From Candidatus Dojkabacteria bacterium (GTDB lineage Bacteria > Patescibacteriota > Dojkabacteria > J137), in NCBI GenBank assembly GCA_040006935.1, contig JBDTVZ010000002.1, forward strand, positions 144,174 through 208,173: DNA of 64,000 bases, given 5' to 3'. The position numbers were made by a program, and so were the translations under genes. Positions 9,593 through 19,241 of the stretch are shown here, in pieces (within the stretch, counting starts at the first letter, position 1; each line of letters starts with the position of its first letter). The notes below the pieces were generated by a model. It was not told the origin of the DNA. It was given only the letters and a program-made list of their open reading frames with translations, and made no database searches.

Positions 9593-11127
9593 ATTCTACT
9601 TAAAACTTCTTCTTTACCTAGAATTTGAAGTGATTCGAACAATGGTGGTGAAAATGGTCCTCCTACAACTGCTACTCTTAAAACCATAAAAATATCACCT
9701 GCTTTAGAATTTGTTTCCTCGGCAATTTTTCTCATTCCAGCTTCCCATTCTTCATGAGTCCATTTTGAAGTGTCGGAATCCATAGAAGACATTAATTCCG
9801 ATATTTTAGATTTTATTATTTGTAATTGTTCTTGAACACTCTTCAATTGTTTAATACTCCAGTCAATATTGTCAGGTTTATTGTAAAAGAATTCAATTTG
9901 CTGTAATGCTTCCCAGAAACTAATTGCCCTTTCCTGTACTAAAGCTAATTGTGATTTCAGAATAGACTTATCAGCTATTACTTTTTTTGAAAGATTAATC
10001 AGTTTCTTAACTTTATCAGCATCTATATTTTCGCTTATAAGAACTTCATTTATTTCCTCAGTTGAAGTAGTGGTTAAGTATTTCTCAATCCAATTTATAA
10101 ATTCTTCTGTGTATTGATCTAAAGTTAAGGATCTTGAGTAATGACCGTTGAACCAATCCATTTTCTTTGCATCCCAATTTGGATTTGATTTCTGAGTTCC
10201 AGCTAAATCAAATATTTGAATAAACTCTTCCAATGTAAATAATTCTCTATTATCTTTTGGAGCCCATCCTAATAACATTATATAGTTTAAGATTGCAGAT
10301 TTTAAGTAACCACGAATAACTAACCCATTTATTCTGAAACTATTATTTCTTTTACTAAATTTTTTCCCTGGAGTTGCAGGATCTAAAATAACTGGGAAAT
10401 GCCCTATTAAAGGTCTATCTTCAGGTTTAATTCCCAAACCATCAAATATTAGTATATGGACAGGTGTAGAAGATAACCATTCAGTTCCTCTGAATATATA
10501 AGTAATCTTCATTATAATATCATCGTACATTGCAGCAAGGTGGTAAGTTGGAATTCCATTTGACTTAACAATAATATAATCATCCACTTCGTTCGAATTC
10601 CAAACAATGTGGTTATGAGTAATAATATCGTCAAATTCTATTTTTGTATCTTTTGGAACTTTAATTCTTACTGTAAATGGTTTGTTTTCAGCAAGATTTT
10701 TATCAATTTCTTCTTGAGTTAAATTTCTGCATAAACCATCGTATCTAGTTTGTTGTTTAGACATTGTTTGTATTTGTCTAAGTTCGTCTAGTCGTTCTTT
10801 TGTACAAAAACATCTATATGCAGATCCATTTGAAATTAGTTTTTCGTAAGCTTCCTTATAGATATCTGTTCTTTCTGTTTGAGTATATGGAGCGTATGGC
10901 CCTCCGACATCTGGTCCTTCATCCCAATTTAATCCAAATTCTTTTATCCACTTCATATTAAATTCTAGAGTACCGGGGACAAATCTTTCTTGATCTGTAT
11001 CTTCATTTCTCCATATGAATTGACCGTTATTCTTTTTTGCTAAAGCGTAACAATATAAGGCTGTCCTTAGTAAACCTAAATGACCATAACCTGTTGGACT
11101 TGGAGCAATTCGTGTTCGAATGGTCAT
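9589..11127 (-). CDS. gltX: Glutamate--tRNA ligase (class I).
   Basis: The HIGH-region RIAPSPTGYGHLG is present, with WRNEDTD and a KMSKS-like KFSKR. Length (512 aa) and order match GluRS. Confidence 0.85.
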   Translation of the reverse strand: MTIRTRIAPSPTGYGHLGLLRTALYCYALAKKNNGQFIWRNEDTDQERFVPGTLEFNMKWIKEFGLNWDEGPDVGGPYAPYTQTERTDIYKEAYEKLISNGSAYRCFCTKERLDELRQIQTMSKQQTRYDGLCRNLTQEEIDKNLAENKPFTVRIKVPKDTKIEFDDIITHNHIVWNSNEVDDYIIVKSNGIPTYHLAAMYDDIIMKITYIFRGTEWLSSTPVHILIFDGLGIKPEDRPLIGHFPVILDPATPGKKFSKRNNSFRINGLVIRGYLKSAILNYIMLLGWAPKDNRELFTLEEFIQIFDLAGTQKSNPNWDAKKMDWFNGHYSRSLTLDQYTEEFINWIEKYLTTTSTEEINEVLISENIDADKVKKLINLSKKVIADKSILKSQLALVQERAISFWEALQQIEFFYNKPDNIDWSIKQLKSVQEQLQIIKSKISELMSSMDSDTSKWTHEEWEAGMRKIAEETNSKAGDIFMVLRVAVVGGPFSPPLFESLQILGKEEVLSRI

Positions 11128-11277
11128 TTATATCAATTAAAAATTAAAAGATGAGAAATTAAAAGATTCGGTACAGAATATCCTTCAATTTGATATGGGT
11201 GAATTATACATTAGATAGTGTGAGGCGCCAAATCTGAAGAGTATTTGAATAATAGCACCAAGGTTGGGATTCCTCTT

Positions 11278-11319
11278 TTAACCTGTCGGTCGGTTTATCT
11301 GCCGAAGGCAGGATCTTAA
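11278..11319. repeat. TTAA-flanked GC-rich imperfect palindrome (ttaaCCTGTCGGTCGG..CCGAAGGCAGGatcttaa). It lies immediately 3' of the minus-strand gene 11332..12564.
   Basis: Seen directly. It belongs to the same family as the elements at 44083..44114 and 50307..50334. Confidence 0.5.
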
Positions 11320-11331
11320 TTTTTAATTGAT

Positions 11332-12564
11332 TTACTGGCTACTCGCAATACTTAAGCAAGTGCTCCGCTTCCCATTCACATAACTAGTACAAGCACCTTT
11401 CATACTTTCAGCTGTTCCTACATATGTAGATTTGTAGTAATTATTAGCATCACTAAAACAGTCTTCTATATTTTTTTGAATGTTTAAAGAGTCGCATAGT
11501 TTATAGGCAAAACTTAAATCCCACGTATTATCTATCAAGGCATAAATAGCTCCGTCCATACATGGCCTTACGTTTTCCTTTGCGGTATCTTCACATGCAG
11601 TTACAACATAGGACACATTGCCTGTTCGAACGTAATTACTTAAGTCTCTACCCATTGAAACAAAACATTGCGGCATATAGTCACCAGTTTTTTTACATTC
11701 ATCGACTACTTGCTGATTATTTAATCCATATTCTGACATAACACTAGTTTGCATTAGGTAACAATCTGCTTTGTATTTATTATCTAAACGAGAACATGGA
11801 TAGAGTGGATCGTCTGCTTTTAAATCTCTTTTCTTTTTATCAAAAGCAGTTACATTTTCCATAATTACTCCCCCATAGCAAGATGATCGATCATAATTTG
11901 TAGGTAGAAGATCACAAGATTTTAAGGATGCATCCAGGTCGTAATCTAATGTATACATAAGTGCATGTCCAACTCCATGTAGGCACTGAAAAATAACCGC
12001 ATTGCTTGGGTTTTTAAATTTATCTTTATCGCAAATTCCTGGAATTTTTTCTTTCATATCATCATAGGTCAAATGCTTATAGTCTGAACTTAACTCAGTA
12101 TCACTATAGAAAAGTCTTTCCATTACTCCATGATAACAACCCGAGTGACATGTTTGATCGCAGGCTTCGAATGCGTCCCCAATATTACCTTTCAATTTGT
12201 ATGTCAATCTTCCAATAGCGTGAACAATTGGATGGCAATCATTTTCGATAGTTGTGCTTGTGGACCTTGCTGCTTCCAAATCTGCTAGAACTTGTTTTGT
12301 TGTTTCACCTGTCCCTTGGAAATAACTCACCATAAAATCATCCAAACATTTTTGCTGCTCATCTTCTGATTTGGAAAAACATTCTTCTACTTTAGTCATA
12401 TCCATAGTGCCAGAAGTTTTGATATTTTGTGGTATTATCTGATTACTAGTAGGTGAAAGACTATTTGCTGATAATATTGTGACAATAGCAAAACCTATTG
12501 CTAGAATGGCAAAGGCCATTAGAGAAATAAATGTTAGTTGTTTTTTATTAACTTTTATAACCAT
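11332..12564 (-). CDS. Cysteine-rich secreted or membrane-anchored hypothetical protein.
   Basis: There is an N-terminal hydrophobic anchor and 20 or more Cys spread through the mature part. No known family was recognised. Confidence 0.5.
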   Translation of the reverse strand: MVIKVNKKQLTFISLMAFAILAIGFAIVTILSANSLSPTSNQIIPQNIKTSGTMDMTKVEECFSKSEDEQQKCLDDFMVSYFQGTGETTKQVLADLEAARSTSTTIENDCHPIVHAIGRLTYKLKGNIGDAFEACDQTCHSGCYHGVMERLFYSDTELSSDYKHLTYDDMKEKIPGICDKDKFKNPSNAVIFQCLHGVGHALMYTLDYDLDASLKSCDLLPTNYDRSSCYGGVIMENVTAFDKKKRDLKADDPLYPCSRLDNKYKADCYLMQTSVMSEYGLNNQQVVDECKKTGDYMPQCFVSMGRDLSNYVRTGNVSYVVTACEDTAKENVRPCMDGAIYALIDNTWDLSFAYKLCDSLNIQKNIEDCFSDANNYYKSTYVGTAESMKGACTSYVNGKRSTCLSIASSQ

Positions 12565-12570
12565 AAATTT

Positions 12571-13473
12571 ATGCGTGAAAATTCCTTAAGATTATACACA
12601 AAAATATTCATTATTATTCTAGCACTTCTAGTATTTTCACCTTTTTATAAAATTTCTGCTCATAACGCAACTAGCTCACCTTGGCTATATATAAACTCAC
12701 AAGCAATTACTGAAGATGATGAGAATCCAACACCAAACCCATCTAAACTAAAATGGGGAGAGCATTATTTAACTCAACAATTTAATCCAGGTGATACTTT
12801 AGAAGTGCAAGTCGATAAAAATGTGATTGTAAGAGATTTAGAAGTAAAGGAATCTAGTATTATTGAACATTTTGATCTAACACTTCCAGATAACTCTGTT
12901 AAGACTTTTAAAGATAATTTTTCAGAGAGCTTGAGTTCAACCGGGAATTACTTTTTAGATGTTAAAGTGAGTAAGAATACTGGTGAAGAGTTAATCCTAG
13001 AGAGTGTAATGTTTATAGTCGGGAATAAAATAGAGCAGTCTAAGTTTAAAGTAAACGGAACTGAAATTGATATTACCTCTGCGGCACCCACCTTTTTATT
13101 GAACAATGACTTTAATTTAGTCTTTGAAGTTATAAATCCAGAGAATAATAAATATAATTATCAATGGGATTTAGGTACTAGTCAAATTAAAGAAGGCGAT
13201 AGAGTAGAATATAATTTTGAAACTGCAAAAATACCTATATATGTTGTACTGAGAACAACTGATAAATCGACTGATATTTTTATCGATTCCTTTGTAAGAA
13301 TAGATTCTGACAGTGAGAATGTTTTTAAAATTCCAGCACCACCAGTTAAGGTTCCTGATGACCCTGCCCGAAGCTCTAATGTTTTCACTCCCCTAGTTCT
13401 AATTTTGGGAGGAATAGCAGGTTTAGGAATCATTTTATTAATTTGGTTTTTAATTATCAAGAAAAGGGATTAA
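12571..13473 (+). CDS. Hypothetical extracellular protein with a C-terminal transmembrane anchor. The start is moved to the internal Met at 12571, because the called start at 12538 overlaps the divergent neighbour's start.
   Basis: There is an N-terminal signal-like helix and a C-terminal LVLILGGIAGLGIILLIWFLIIKKRD anchor. The 12538 start would overlap 11332..12564 by 27 nt. Confidence 0.45.
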   Translation: MRENSLRLYTKIFIIILALLVFSPFYKISAHNATSSPWLYINSQAITEDDENPTPNPSKLKWGEHYLTQQFNPGDTLEVQVDKNVIVRDLEVKESSIIEHFDLTLPDNSVKTFKDNFSESLSSTGNYFLDVKVSKNTGEELILESVMFIVGNKIEQSKFKVNGTEIDITSAAPTFLLNNDFNLVFEVINPENNKYNYQWDLGTSQIKEGDRVEYNFETAKIPIYVVLRTTDKSTDIFIDSFVRIDSDSENVFKIPAPPVKVPDDPARSSNVFTPLVLILGGIAGLGIILLIWFLIIKKRD

Positions 13474-13506
13474 CTCTGATATAATCAGCAGATTAAGAAC
13501 ATTACT

Positions 13507-14295
13507 ATGCTAAAGCTAGAAAAACTATTTATAAAATTAACTGAAGAAAATAAAGAAATTGTTTCTGGAGTAAGCTTGGAATTTAAACCAGGAGAGGTTC
13601 ATTTACTAAATGGAAAGAACGGTTCGGGGAAAAGTACATTGGTAAATTCATTAATGGGTAATCCAATTTATACAATCACCTCCGGATCTATTTCTATTGA
13701 AAATGAAGAATATTCCGACTTCACAATCTCCAAAATAGATGGGGAGTCTGTTCAAAGAAACTTAAAACTTACCGTGCCTGACGGACGGCAGGAAACTTAT
13801 GACTTAAAACTTTCTTTGATGGAACCAAATGAAAGATCTTTGGCTGGAGTATTCTTAGCTAACCAATACCCAATGGAAATCCCTGGGGTAAGTTTGAGTA
13901 GTTATTTAAGGCTTATATATAATTCACGAAGGCCTAAAGAAGAACAGTTAAATGTATATAAATTTAAACAATTTTTAAAAGAGAGGGCAGAGATAATAAA
14001 ATACCCAGAAGCATTACTATTGAGAAATCTTAATGAAGGGTTTTCTGGAGGAGAAAAGAAAAAAACAGAAATTTTACAAATGCTGATTTTAGAACCACGC
14101 TATGTAATGTTGGATGAAATAGACTCTGGACTAGATAAACATTCAGTTAAAGAAGTTTTTGAAGGTTTAGTTAACTTCAAGAAAGAATTTTCAAATACTT
14201 GTTTTATTATAATTACTCACTATGACAAGGTTCAAGAGTATTTAACTCCAGATTTTGTTCATGAAATGGAGAAGGGGAAGCTAATTATAAATTAA
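13507..14295 (+). CDS. sufC: Fe-S cluster assembly ATPase SufC. It carries an in-frame insertion of about 30 aa (…NLKLTVPDGRQET…) derived from a GC-rich repeat element.
   Basis: It is colinear with E. coli SufC. Walker A is GKNGSGKST, the ABC signature is NEGFSGGEKKKTEILQMLILEP, Walker B is VMLDEIDSGLD, and the H-loop is ITHY. The extra segment lies between the positions equivalent to LSPEDRA and GIFMAFQYP. Confidence 0.9.
   Translation: MLKLEKLFIKLTEENKEIVSGVSLEFKPGEVHLLNGKNGSGKSTLVNSLMGNPIYTITSGSISIENEEYSDFTISKIDGESVQRNLKLTVPDGRQETYDLKLSLMEPNERSLAGVFLANQYPMEIPGVSLSSYLRLIYNSRRPKEEQLNVYKFKQFLKERAEIIKYPEALLLRNLNEGFSGGEKKKTEILQMLILEPRYVMLDEIDSGLDKHSVKEVFEGLVNFKKEFSNTCFIIITHYDKVQEYLTPDFVHEMEKGKLIIN
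13758..13812. repeat. In-frame GC-rich mini-repeat inside sufC (aacttaaaacttaccgtgcctgacggacggcaggaaacttatgacttaaaactt). It encodes NLKLTVPDGRQETYDLKL.
   Basis: It has the same element as 445..500. The insertion is not present in canonical SufC at this position. Confidence 0.65.
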
Positions 14296-14313
14296 GAATT
14301 ATTTGTCATTGCG

Positions 14314-14400
14314 AGGATCCGCTCGAGCGGAGACGAAGCAATCTCATTAAGATACCAGGTCACGGGATTGCTTCGTCATTTCATTCCTCGCAATGACAAC
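14314..14400. mobile_element. MITE-like GC-rich element, copy 2. Terminal inverted repeats are TGTCATTGCGAGGA … TCCTCGCAATGACA. Nested inverted repeats are GACGAAGCAATC / GATTGCTTCGTC, around a central CCGCTCGAGCGG palindrome.
   Basis: Seen directly. It lies 3' of sufC. Confidence 0.6.
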
Positions 14401-14473
14401 AATTTTCTGGACTTGAACTCAAATCCTGTATATACTATTATTTAGCACTTTTAATTACACTTATAATATTCTT

Positions 14474-15754
14474 ATGGCAAGAACAAAAACAACCTCCTTT
14501 AGTAGCCTTGAGGAATCTCCTTTATTAAGCAGGAAGCCAGGGCAGAGTACAATTAATGTAAATAAATTTGATCAAGCAAGATTTACAGAGATTGTAGATG
14601 ATGGTCCTAGCACTAGTCCAGTTAAAATAATTATTTATATAGTTATAGTTATAGTTGTTGGTGTAGGGGCAGCTTTACTACTTAGAAGCCTTATTACAAA
14701 CAATCAGCCAACTACAAATACTGGTACACCACCTGCAGCTAATTCTAGTAAAGTTACTATAGGTACAGTTACTAAAGCTGATAGTACCGCAACAAGCTTA
14801 GCAGCAAATGAAGATTATACAGATTCTGGAATCACTAAAGCGGGGGATCCAGCAACTACCGGAGTAAATACAACAGTTGATACATTAGATTTTAGTAAAT
14901 ATACTACTTTTGCTAGACTAGAGTTTGGATTAACAGGAAATAATGGGAAGCTTCCAACAACCAATTTAACTTACTCCGCAGCTGAAAAATCTTTAACAGT
15001 AAACATTCCTGAGCTTAAAAGTGTAAGTACAGATTTACAAAAACAAATCGATATAAACAATATTATTAAAAATATCACATTTGATTCGGCAACAAAGAAC
15101 TTTAAAATCACTTTTGTTGAAGATACAAAATACAGAGTAGTTCCAAATACTACAAATTTAACAATTGATTTCAAAACAGTGAAAGAATTGGCTAAACCAG
15201 TAACTGCTACTACACCACCACCAGTTACACCAACTCCAACACCAGCCATTGTGCCCCCTACAACTACTGATCCTGCAAGACCTGCTTCACCACACTTTAC
15301 TAATGATTTTTCGCAAGATAAACAATATGTAGTGAGTAGCCTCACAGGAGATACAATTTCTCACAATATTTACTACTTTGATGATTTGAATACATCTTTT
15401 GAGTTTAGTTGGGGACAAAAGAATTCCGTAGGTGATAATTATGTACCTAATGCAACTGCATATTACGATACTTCTGCACCAAGTGGAAAAACCTACTTGA
15501 TAGTAGAAATTTCTAATTTATCTGGAGAGATTATGTCAGCTAACGGAGTTACTGGATTAAGCGCTGGGGATATTCAAAATAAAACTGGAGCTAATACGAC
15601 GGGAGCTAATCTTGTTCGAATAGATCTACTTTCATTTACAGGTGGAGTAGCAAAGTATAGATTCGAACTGAAGGATAAAGCTGACTTTAAACTTTGGACT
15701 CAAAAAACAGTAGATAATTTAACTCAGGTTATAAGCATAAATATAGAAGATTAA
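14474..15754 (+). CDS. Hypothetical membrane-anchored surface protein with a Pro/Thr-rich linker.
   Basis: There is an N-terminal TM helix (IIIYIVIVIVVGVGAALLL) and a TTPPPVTPTPTPAIVPPTTTDP linker. No family was recognised. Confidence 0.5.
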   Translation: MARTKTTSFSSLEESPLLSRKPGQSTINVNKFDQARFTEIVDDGPSTSPVKIIIYIVIVIVVGVGAALLLRSLITNNQPTTNTGTPPAANSSKVTIGTVTKADSTATSLAANEDYTDSGITKAGDPATTGVNTTVDTLDFSKYTTFARLEFGLTGNNGKLPTTNLTYSAAEKSLTVNIPELKSVSTDLQKQIDINNIIKNITFDSATKNFKITFVEDTKYRVVPNTTNLTIDFKTVKELAKPVTATTPPPVTPTPTPAIVPPTTTDPARPASPHFTNDFSQDKQYVVSSLTGDTISHNIYYFDDLNTSFEFSWGQKNSVGDNYVPNATAYYDTSAPSGKTYLIVEISNLSGEIMSANGVTGLSAGDIQNKTGANTTGANLVRIDLLSFTGGVAKYRFELKDKADFKLWTQKTVDNLTQVISINIED

Positions 15755-15823
15755 ATTAAATAGAGCTCCTCTCAGCATTTTTTTAAAACAAGAAGTGGAG
15801 AGGGGTATTTTTATTTAAAATTT

Positions 15824-16297
15824 ATGTCAATTTTCAATAAAAGCGAATGGGGTAAACTTCACATAGCAAAGTTCAGTAACTGGACTTTAACTTTACAAGG
15901 CGATCAGCATTTATTAGGATGGATGATGATATTCCCACCACGCAAGATAACAGGACCATTCACCTTACTAACAGATCAAGAACTTGTAGAATTAAAGAGG
16001 ATTTGTATCATTGTAGAGAATTTACAGAAAGAACTCTTTAATGCAGAATGGTTCAATTATTTACAAGCCGGTAACCATGATGGTACCTTACATATAAACG
16101 TACAGCCAAGATATTCTTCACAAAGAGAACTCGAAGGTTTTGTTTTCAAGGATGAGAATTGGGGACATCTAGCAAAACTATTACCAGATAATGAACTTGC
16201 GCCAAAAGATATAGTTTTAAAAATAGTTACAAAAGTACGAGAAGTTATAGCAAAAAATAAATACCCTGAATTTACAGTAGAGATATCGGAGAATTAA
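15824..16297 (+). CDS. Hypothetical protein. It may be a degenerate HIT-like fold paralogue.
   Basis: It has weak, alignable similarity to the two HIT-like proteins at 60422..61373 (QHLLGWMMIFP vs HTLVIPK; TLHINVQP vs HAHVHIVP). Confidence 0.35.
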   Translation: MSIFNKSEWGKLHIAKFSNWTLTLQGDQHLLGWMMIFPPRKITGPFTLLTDQELVELKRICIIVENLQKELFNAEWFNYLQAGNHDGTLHINVQPRYSSQRELEGFVFKDENWGHLAKLLPDNELAPKDIVLKIVTKVREVIAKNKYPEFTVEISEN

Positions 16298-18321
16298 TTT
16301 TCAAATATCTTTTGATGTAAATCTTTTGCTTCTGTATCGCTTAATCCAAAGTAATAAATTCTTACTGTATATTTAGTCTCCATAGAATCTTTACTAAACT
16401 TATCCACAATTTCTGTTTTCCATAACTTATCCACATTCGATTTTAATTTATCATTTACAAAGATTTCTATATTTTGATTATTTTCTAAGTTAATATTAAC
16501 GTCTAATGCTACTAATTTCGATTCAACCTCAATTCCTCCATTTGCATTTACTCTACTCATTATTTCATCAACTGCGGTTAGATTAACTTCTGCCACTATG
16601 CACTCTAATGAATTTATTTTGTTAGATACGTAAATAACACCAAGTTTCATGTCTTTATATTGGATATCCAAACATGTTGCTGGATGGGCTGTTTCAGGAT
16701 AATTCTGAGATTTTATATAATAAATTTCTGTTAAGCCTAAAGTTCTTAAAACGTAGTCTACGTTGAGTTTTAGGCTTTCCAAATCCTTGTTATCAGATAA
16801 CATTCCTAGAGAATAATGCTCCTCGTATTTAGATAATCCCACCCCACCTGCCGGGTTTAAGATTTCTGAATTTAATGAATGGCTGGCTGGTCCTTCATTT
16901 TTTAATTTTCCAAATACCTTCCCAATTTCAAAAATATTTATATTTGGAATGTTATTTTTCTTATAATTTTCGAGCTGGCTAAAAAGACTAACTGAGATGC
17001 TTTGTCTTAAGGTTGGAACTTCTTCGTTTATAGAATTCGTAACATTGACAGCTTCGGTATCTGAATAATTTGCAAGCCTATTTTTTTCTGTATCAACCAA
17101 TACCCAGCTTCTTACTTCGTCAAATCCTCTGGAAGCAAGCATATTTTGTACTTGACCATTGAGCTTCACTCTACTTGGCGTAATATCTTTTGTAGATTCA
17201 ACTAATAGTTTATCCATTGGTATTAAGTCGTAGCCTTTGAGTCTGACTATTTCCTCGATAAGATCCTCAGGGAAGCTGACATCAAGGCGATTTAGAGCGT
17301 TTTGAACTACTAAAAAGCCATTTTCTTCAGAAATAACTTTAAAACCTAAGCGTGCAAGATATATTTTGCATTCTTCTGATGTAATGTCTAATCCCGCAAT
17401 TTGTGATACTTTTGCAAGTTCTAATTTGATATCTAACTTTGGAGTTGGATGTAAATAGTTATCGTAAACCTCGCTTACAACTTTGCCAGATGTATATTTA
17501 AGGATTAAATTTACTAAAATATTAAAAGCTTCTGGAATACTTTCGGGATCCATGAATTTTTCTAATCTTTGTGAGGCTTCTGTCATAACTCGCATTCCTC
17601 TAGAGTTTCTTCTAATTAATCCACCATCGTAAACAGCCATTTCTACAAGAATATTGTTCGTTTTAGGGTTGATAGCGCTATTTTTACCGCCCACTACTCC
17701 AGCTATGGCCATTGGTTCTACTTCATTTGTAACTAGTAAAGTATCTTTAGTTAACTCAACATCATTACCATCAAGGGAGGTCATTTTTTTAAATATTGGA
17801 TTAATTTCCCAGAAAAGCTTTCCACCTTCTATCAAATCCCAATCAAATGCATGTGATGGGTGTCCTGTTTCGAGCATTACATAGTTTGTAAGGTCTACAA
17901 GACTGTTAACGGGATTAATATCGTAAAATGCAAGATATTGCTTTAGCCAATCCGGAGATTCGTTAATTTGTACATCAGAGATCCTTACGCCCATTAACCT
18001 TTTTACTGAATCTGTAGCTCTTACTTCTATATTAACTTTTTCTGAAGAATTACTAGAAAATTCTGTTATGAATTCTTCTGGAAGTCTAACTTCAATATTG
18101 TAGTATGCCGAAAGTTCTCTCACCAAACCCATTACTCCGAAGCAATCTGCTCTATTCTGTCGAACTTCTAGATCCAGCAAATAGTCTTTTTTACCTAGAT
18201 ACTCTACTTCAAAAAATTTATCCAGCATATATCCTATTATCGTAAAGGCTTTTGCAGTTTCTTTTGGATCAGATTTTAGGTCTGGTAAGTACTTTTTTAG
18301 CTGAGAGTAAAGAACTTTCAT
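16294..18321 (-). CDS. pheT: Phenylalanine--tRNA ligase beta subunit, short form lacking the N-terminal tRNA-binding OB domain.
   Basis: The PheT B3/4-region signature DLEVRQNRADCFGVMGLVRELSA matches the canonical D-x-E-[IV]-T-P-N-R-P-D-C-L-S-x-x-G-x-A-R-E. The size is 675 aa. No pheS is seen adjacent. Confidence 0.55.
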   Translation of the reverse strand: MKVLYSQLKKYLPDLKSDPKETAKAFTIIGYMLDKFFEVEYLGKKDYLLDLEVRQNRADCFGVMGLVRELSAYYNIEVRLPEEFITEFSSNSSEKVNIEVRATDSVKRLMGVRISDVQINESPDWLKQYLAFYDINPVNSLVDLTNYVMLETGHPSHAFDWDLIEGGKLFWEINPIFKKMTSLDGNDVELTKDTLLVTNEVEPMAIAGVVGGKNSAINPKTNNILVEMAVYDGGLIRRNSRGMRVMTEASQRLEKFMDPESIPEAFNILVNLILKYTSGKVVSEVYDNYLHPTPKLDIKLELAKVSQIAGLDITSEECKIYLARLGFKVISEENGFLVVQNALNRLDVSFPEDLIEEIVRLKGYDLIPMDKLLVESTKDITPSRVKLNGQVQNMLASRGFDEVRSWVLVDTEKNRLANYSDTEAVNVTNSINEEVPTLRQSISVSLFSQLENYKKNNIPNINIFEIGKVFGKLKNEGPASHSLNSEILNPAGGVGLSKYEEHYSLGMLSDNKDLESLKLNVDYVLRTLGLTEIYYIKSQNYPETAHPATCLDIQYKDMKLGVIYVSNKINSLECIVAEVNLTAVDEIMSRVNANGGIEVESKLVALDVNINLENNQNIEIFVNDKLKSNVDKLWKTEIVDKFSKDSMETKYTVRIYYFGLSDTEAKDLHQKIFEN

Positions 18322-18330
18322 ATTATTTAG

Positions 18331-19095
18331 TTATAAAACGGAATTTAAAATTTCTCTAGAATTGATTTTAACCGACATTGTGTTTTCTAGCCACTCTAAA
18401 TGAGTTCTTAATAATTTTATTTCTTCTTCTGGATCCAATTTGAGCTTTATGCCCATCTTGAAATCATTTTCTAAAATATACCTTTGTGCCTTGTATATTC
18501 TGGAAGATACTTTATCTGAATTAGAATAGTAGCTATTTTCCTTTACTGTACTGTCAGAAACATAGCCTACTTCTCCTGGCATACTGTATACATTCTCCGA
18601 ATTCAACTGTTCGTCAGTAGCTAAACTTTTATCTAGTTCTGGCAAAACTCCTGAATGATTTAATAACTTTATTAAGAATATTGCGCAAGCTAAGACTTTT
18701 TTTTCTCTACTTTCTAATAAAGTATTATATAAGATTTTATATAGTTCCACATCTTTATTTTCCTCATAACAAAAGTCATCTACTACTTCGCAAATTAATT
18801 GCAAAAGAGCTATGGACTTAAGATCTTTTTTCCATGGAGAAAAATCGTTTATTACGGAAATTTCGATGAGAGTTGCGAGTGTTGAGCCAGTAATTGCTTT
18901 TATATTGACGAGATTTCCGATTTCTAACCCATGGGCCTTTCTACTTCCTGCTTTTTTAACACTTTTAGCAAAGCTTGCTAATTTGCTTCCATCTTCTAGA
19001 ATTATGTATGCAACTTTATCCTGTGAACCGGAATTAAATACTCTGTAAATTATACCTTTGTAGGATTGCGTTAACCTCATAAATAATTTTAGCAC
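18331..19095 (-). CDS. recO: RecO-like DNA repair protein (N-terminal OB fold plus helical domain).
   Basis: The N-terminal pattern GIIYRVFNSG..DKVAYIILEDGSKLASFAKSVKKAGSRK resembles RecO (G-[IV]-VL..... AKGARRSKS). The zinc-finger cysteines are absent. Confidence 0.45.
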   Translation of the reverse strand: MLKLFMRLTQSYKGIIYRVFNSGSQDKVAYIILEDGSKLASFAKSVKKAGSRKAHGLEIGNLVNIKAITGSTLATLIEISVINDFSPWKKDLKSIALLQLICEVVDDFCYEENKDVELYKILYNTLLESREKKVLACAIFLIKLLNHSGVLPELDKSLATDEQLNSENVYSMPGEVGYVSDSTVKENSYYSNSDKVSSRIYKAQRYILENDFKMGIKLKLDPEEEIKLLRTHLEWLENTMSVKINSREILNSVL

Positions 19096-19140
19096 TGGTA
19101 TGATTACAGAGGGCTGCTACTCCAAAAGATAATCCAACCC

Positions 19141-19232
19141 ATGTAGATAAGACTGCCAAGAGTTAATTAACGGTGGGCTAAAGCCAATAGAAATTTAAGT
19201 CTCGCAAGCTCTTCTAGATTTCTAATAGTAAC
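19141..19232. repeat. Copy 1 of a roughly 90-nt intergenic repeat family (…tgtagataaGactgccaagag…ggtgggctaaagccaatagaaat…agatttctaa…). A second copy lies at 47601..47692.
   Basis: By eye it is about 80% identical to the copy at 47601..47692. It lies just 3' of secY. Confidence 0.55.
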
Positions 19233-19241
19233 GTCAGAATA

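Noticed and set aside
12538-12570. The called start of 12538..13473, which overlaps the divergent start of 11332..12564 by 27 nt.
   Set aside because: An internal Met (MRENS…) at 12571 gives a non-overlapping gene with the signal-like helix intact. The longer N-terminus is probably an artefact of longest-ORF calling.
13182-15345. ORFs 13182..13460 (-) and 14971..15345 (-) inside plus-strand secreted-protein genes, and 17654..17884, 18812..19048 and 19921..20286 inside pheT, recO-like and secY.
   Set aside because: Each is fully embedded antisense in a longer, better-supported ORF, so they are spurious.
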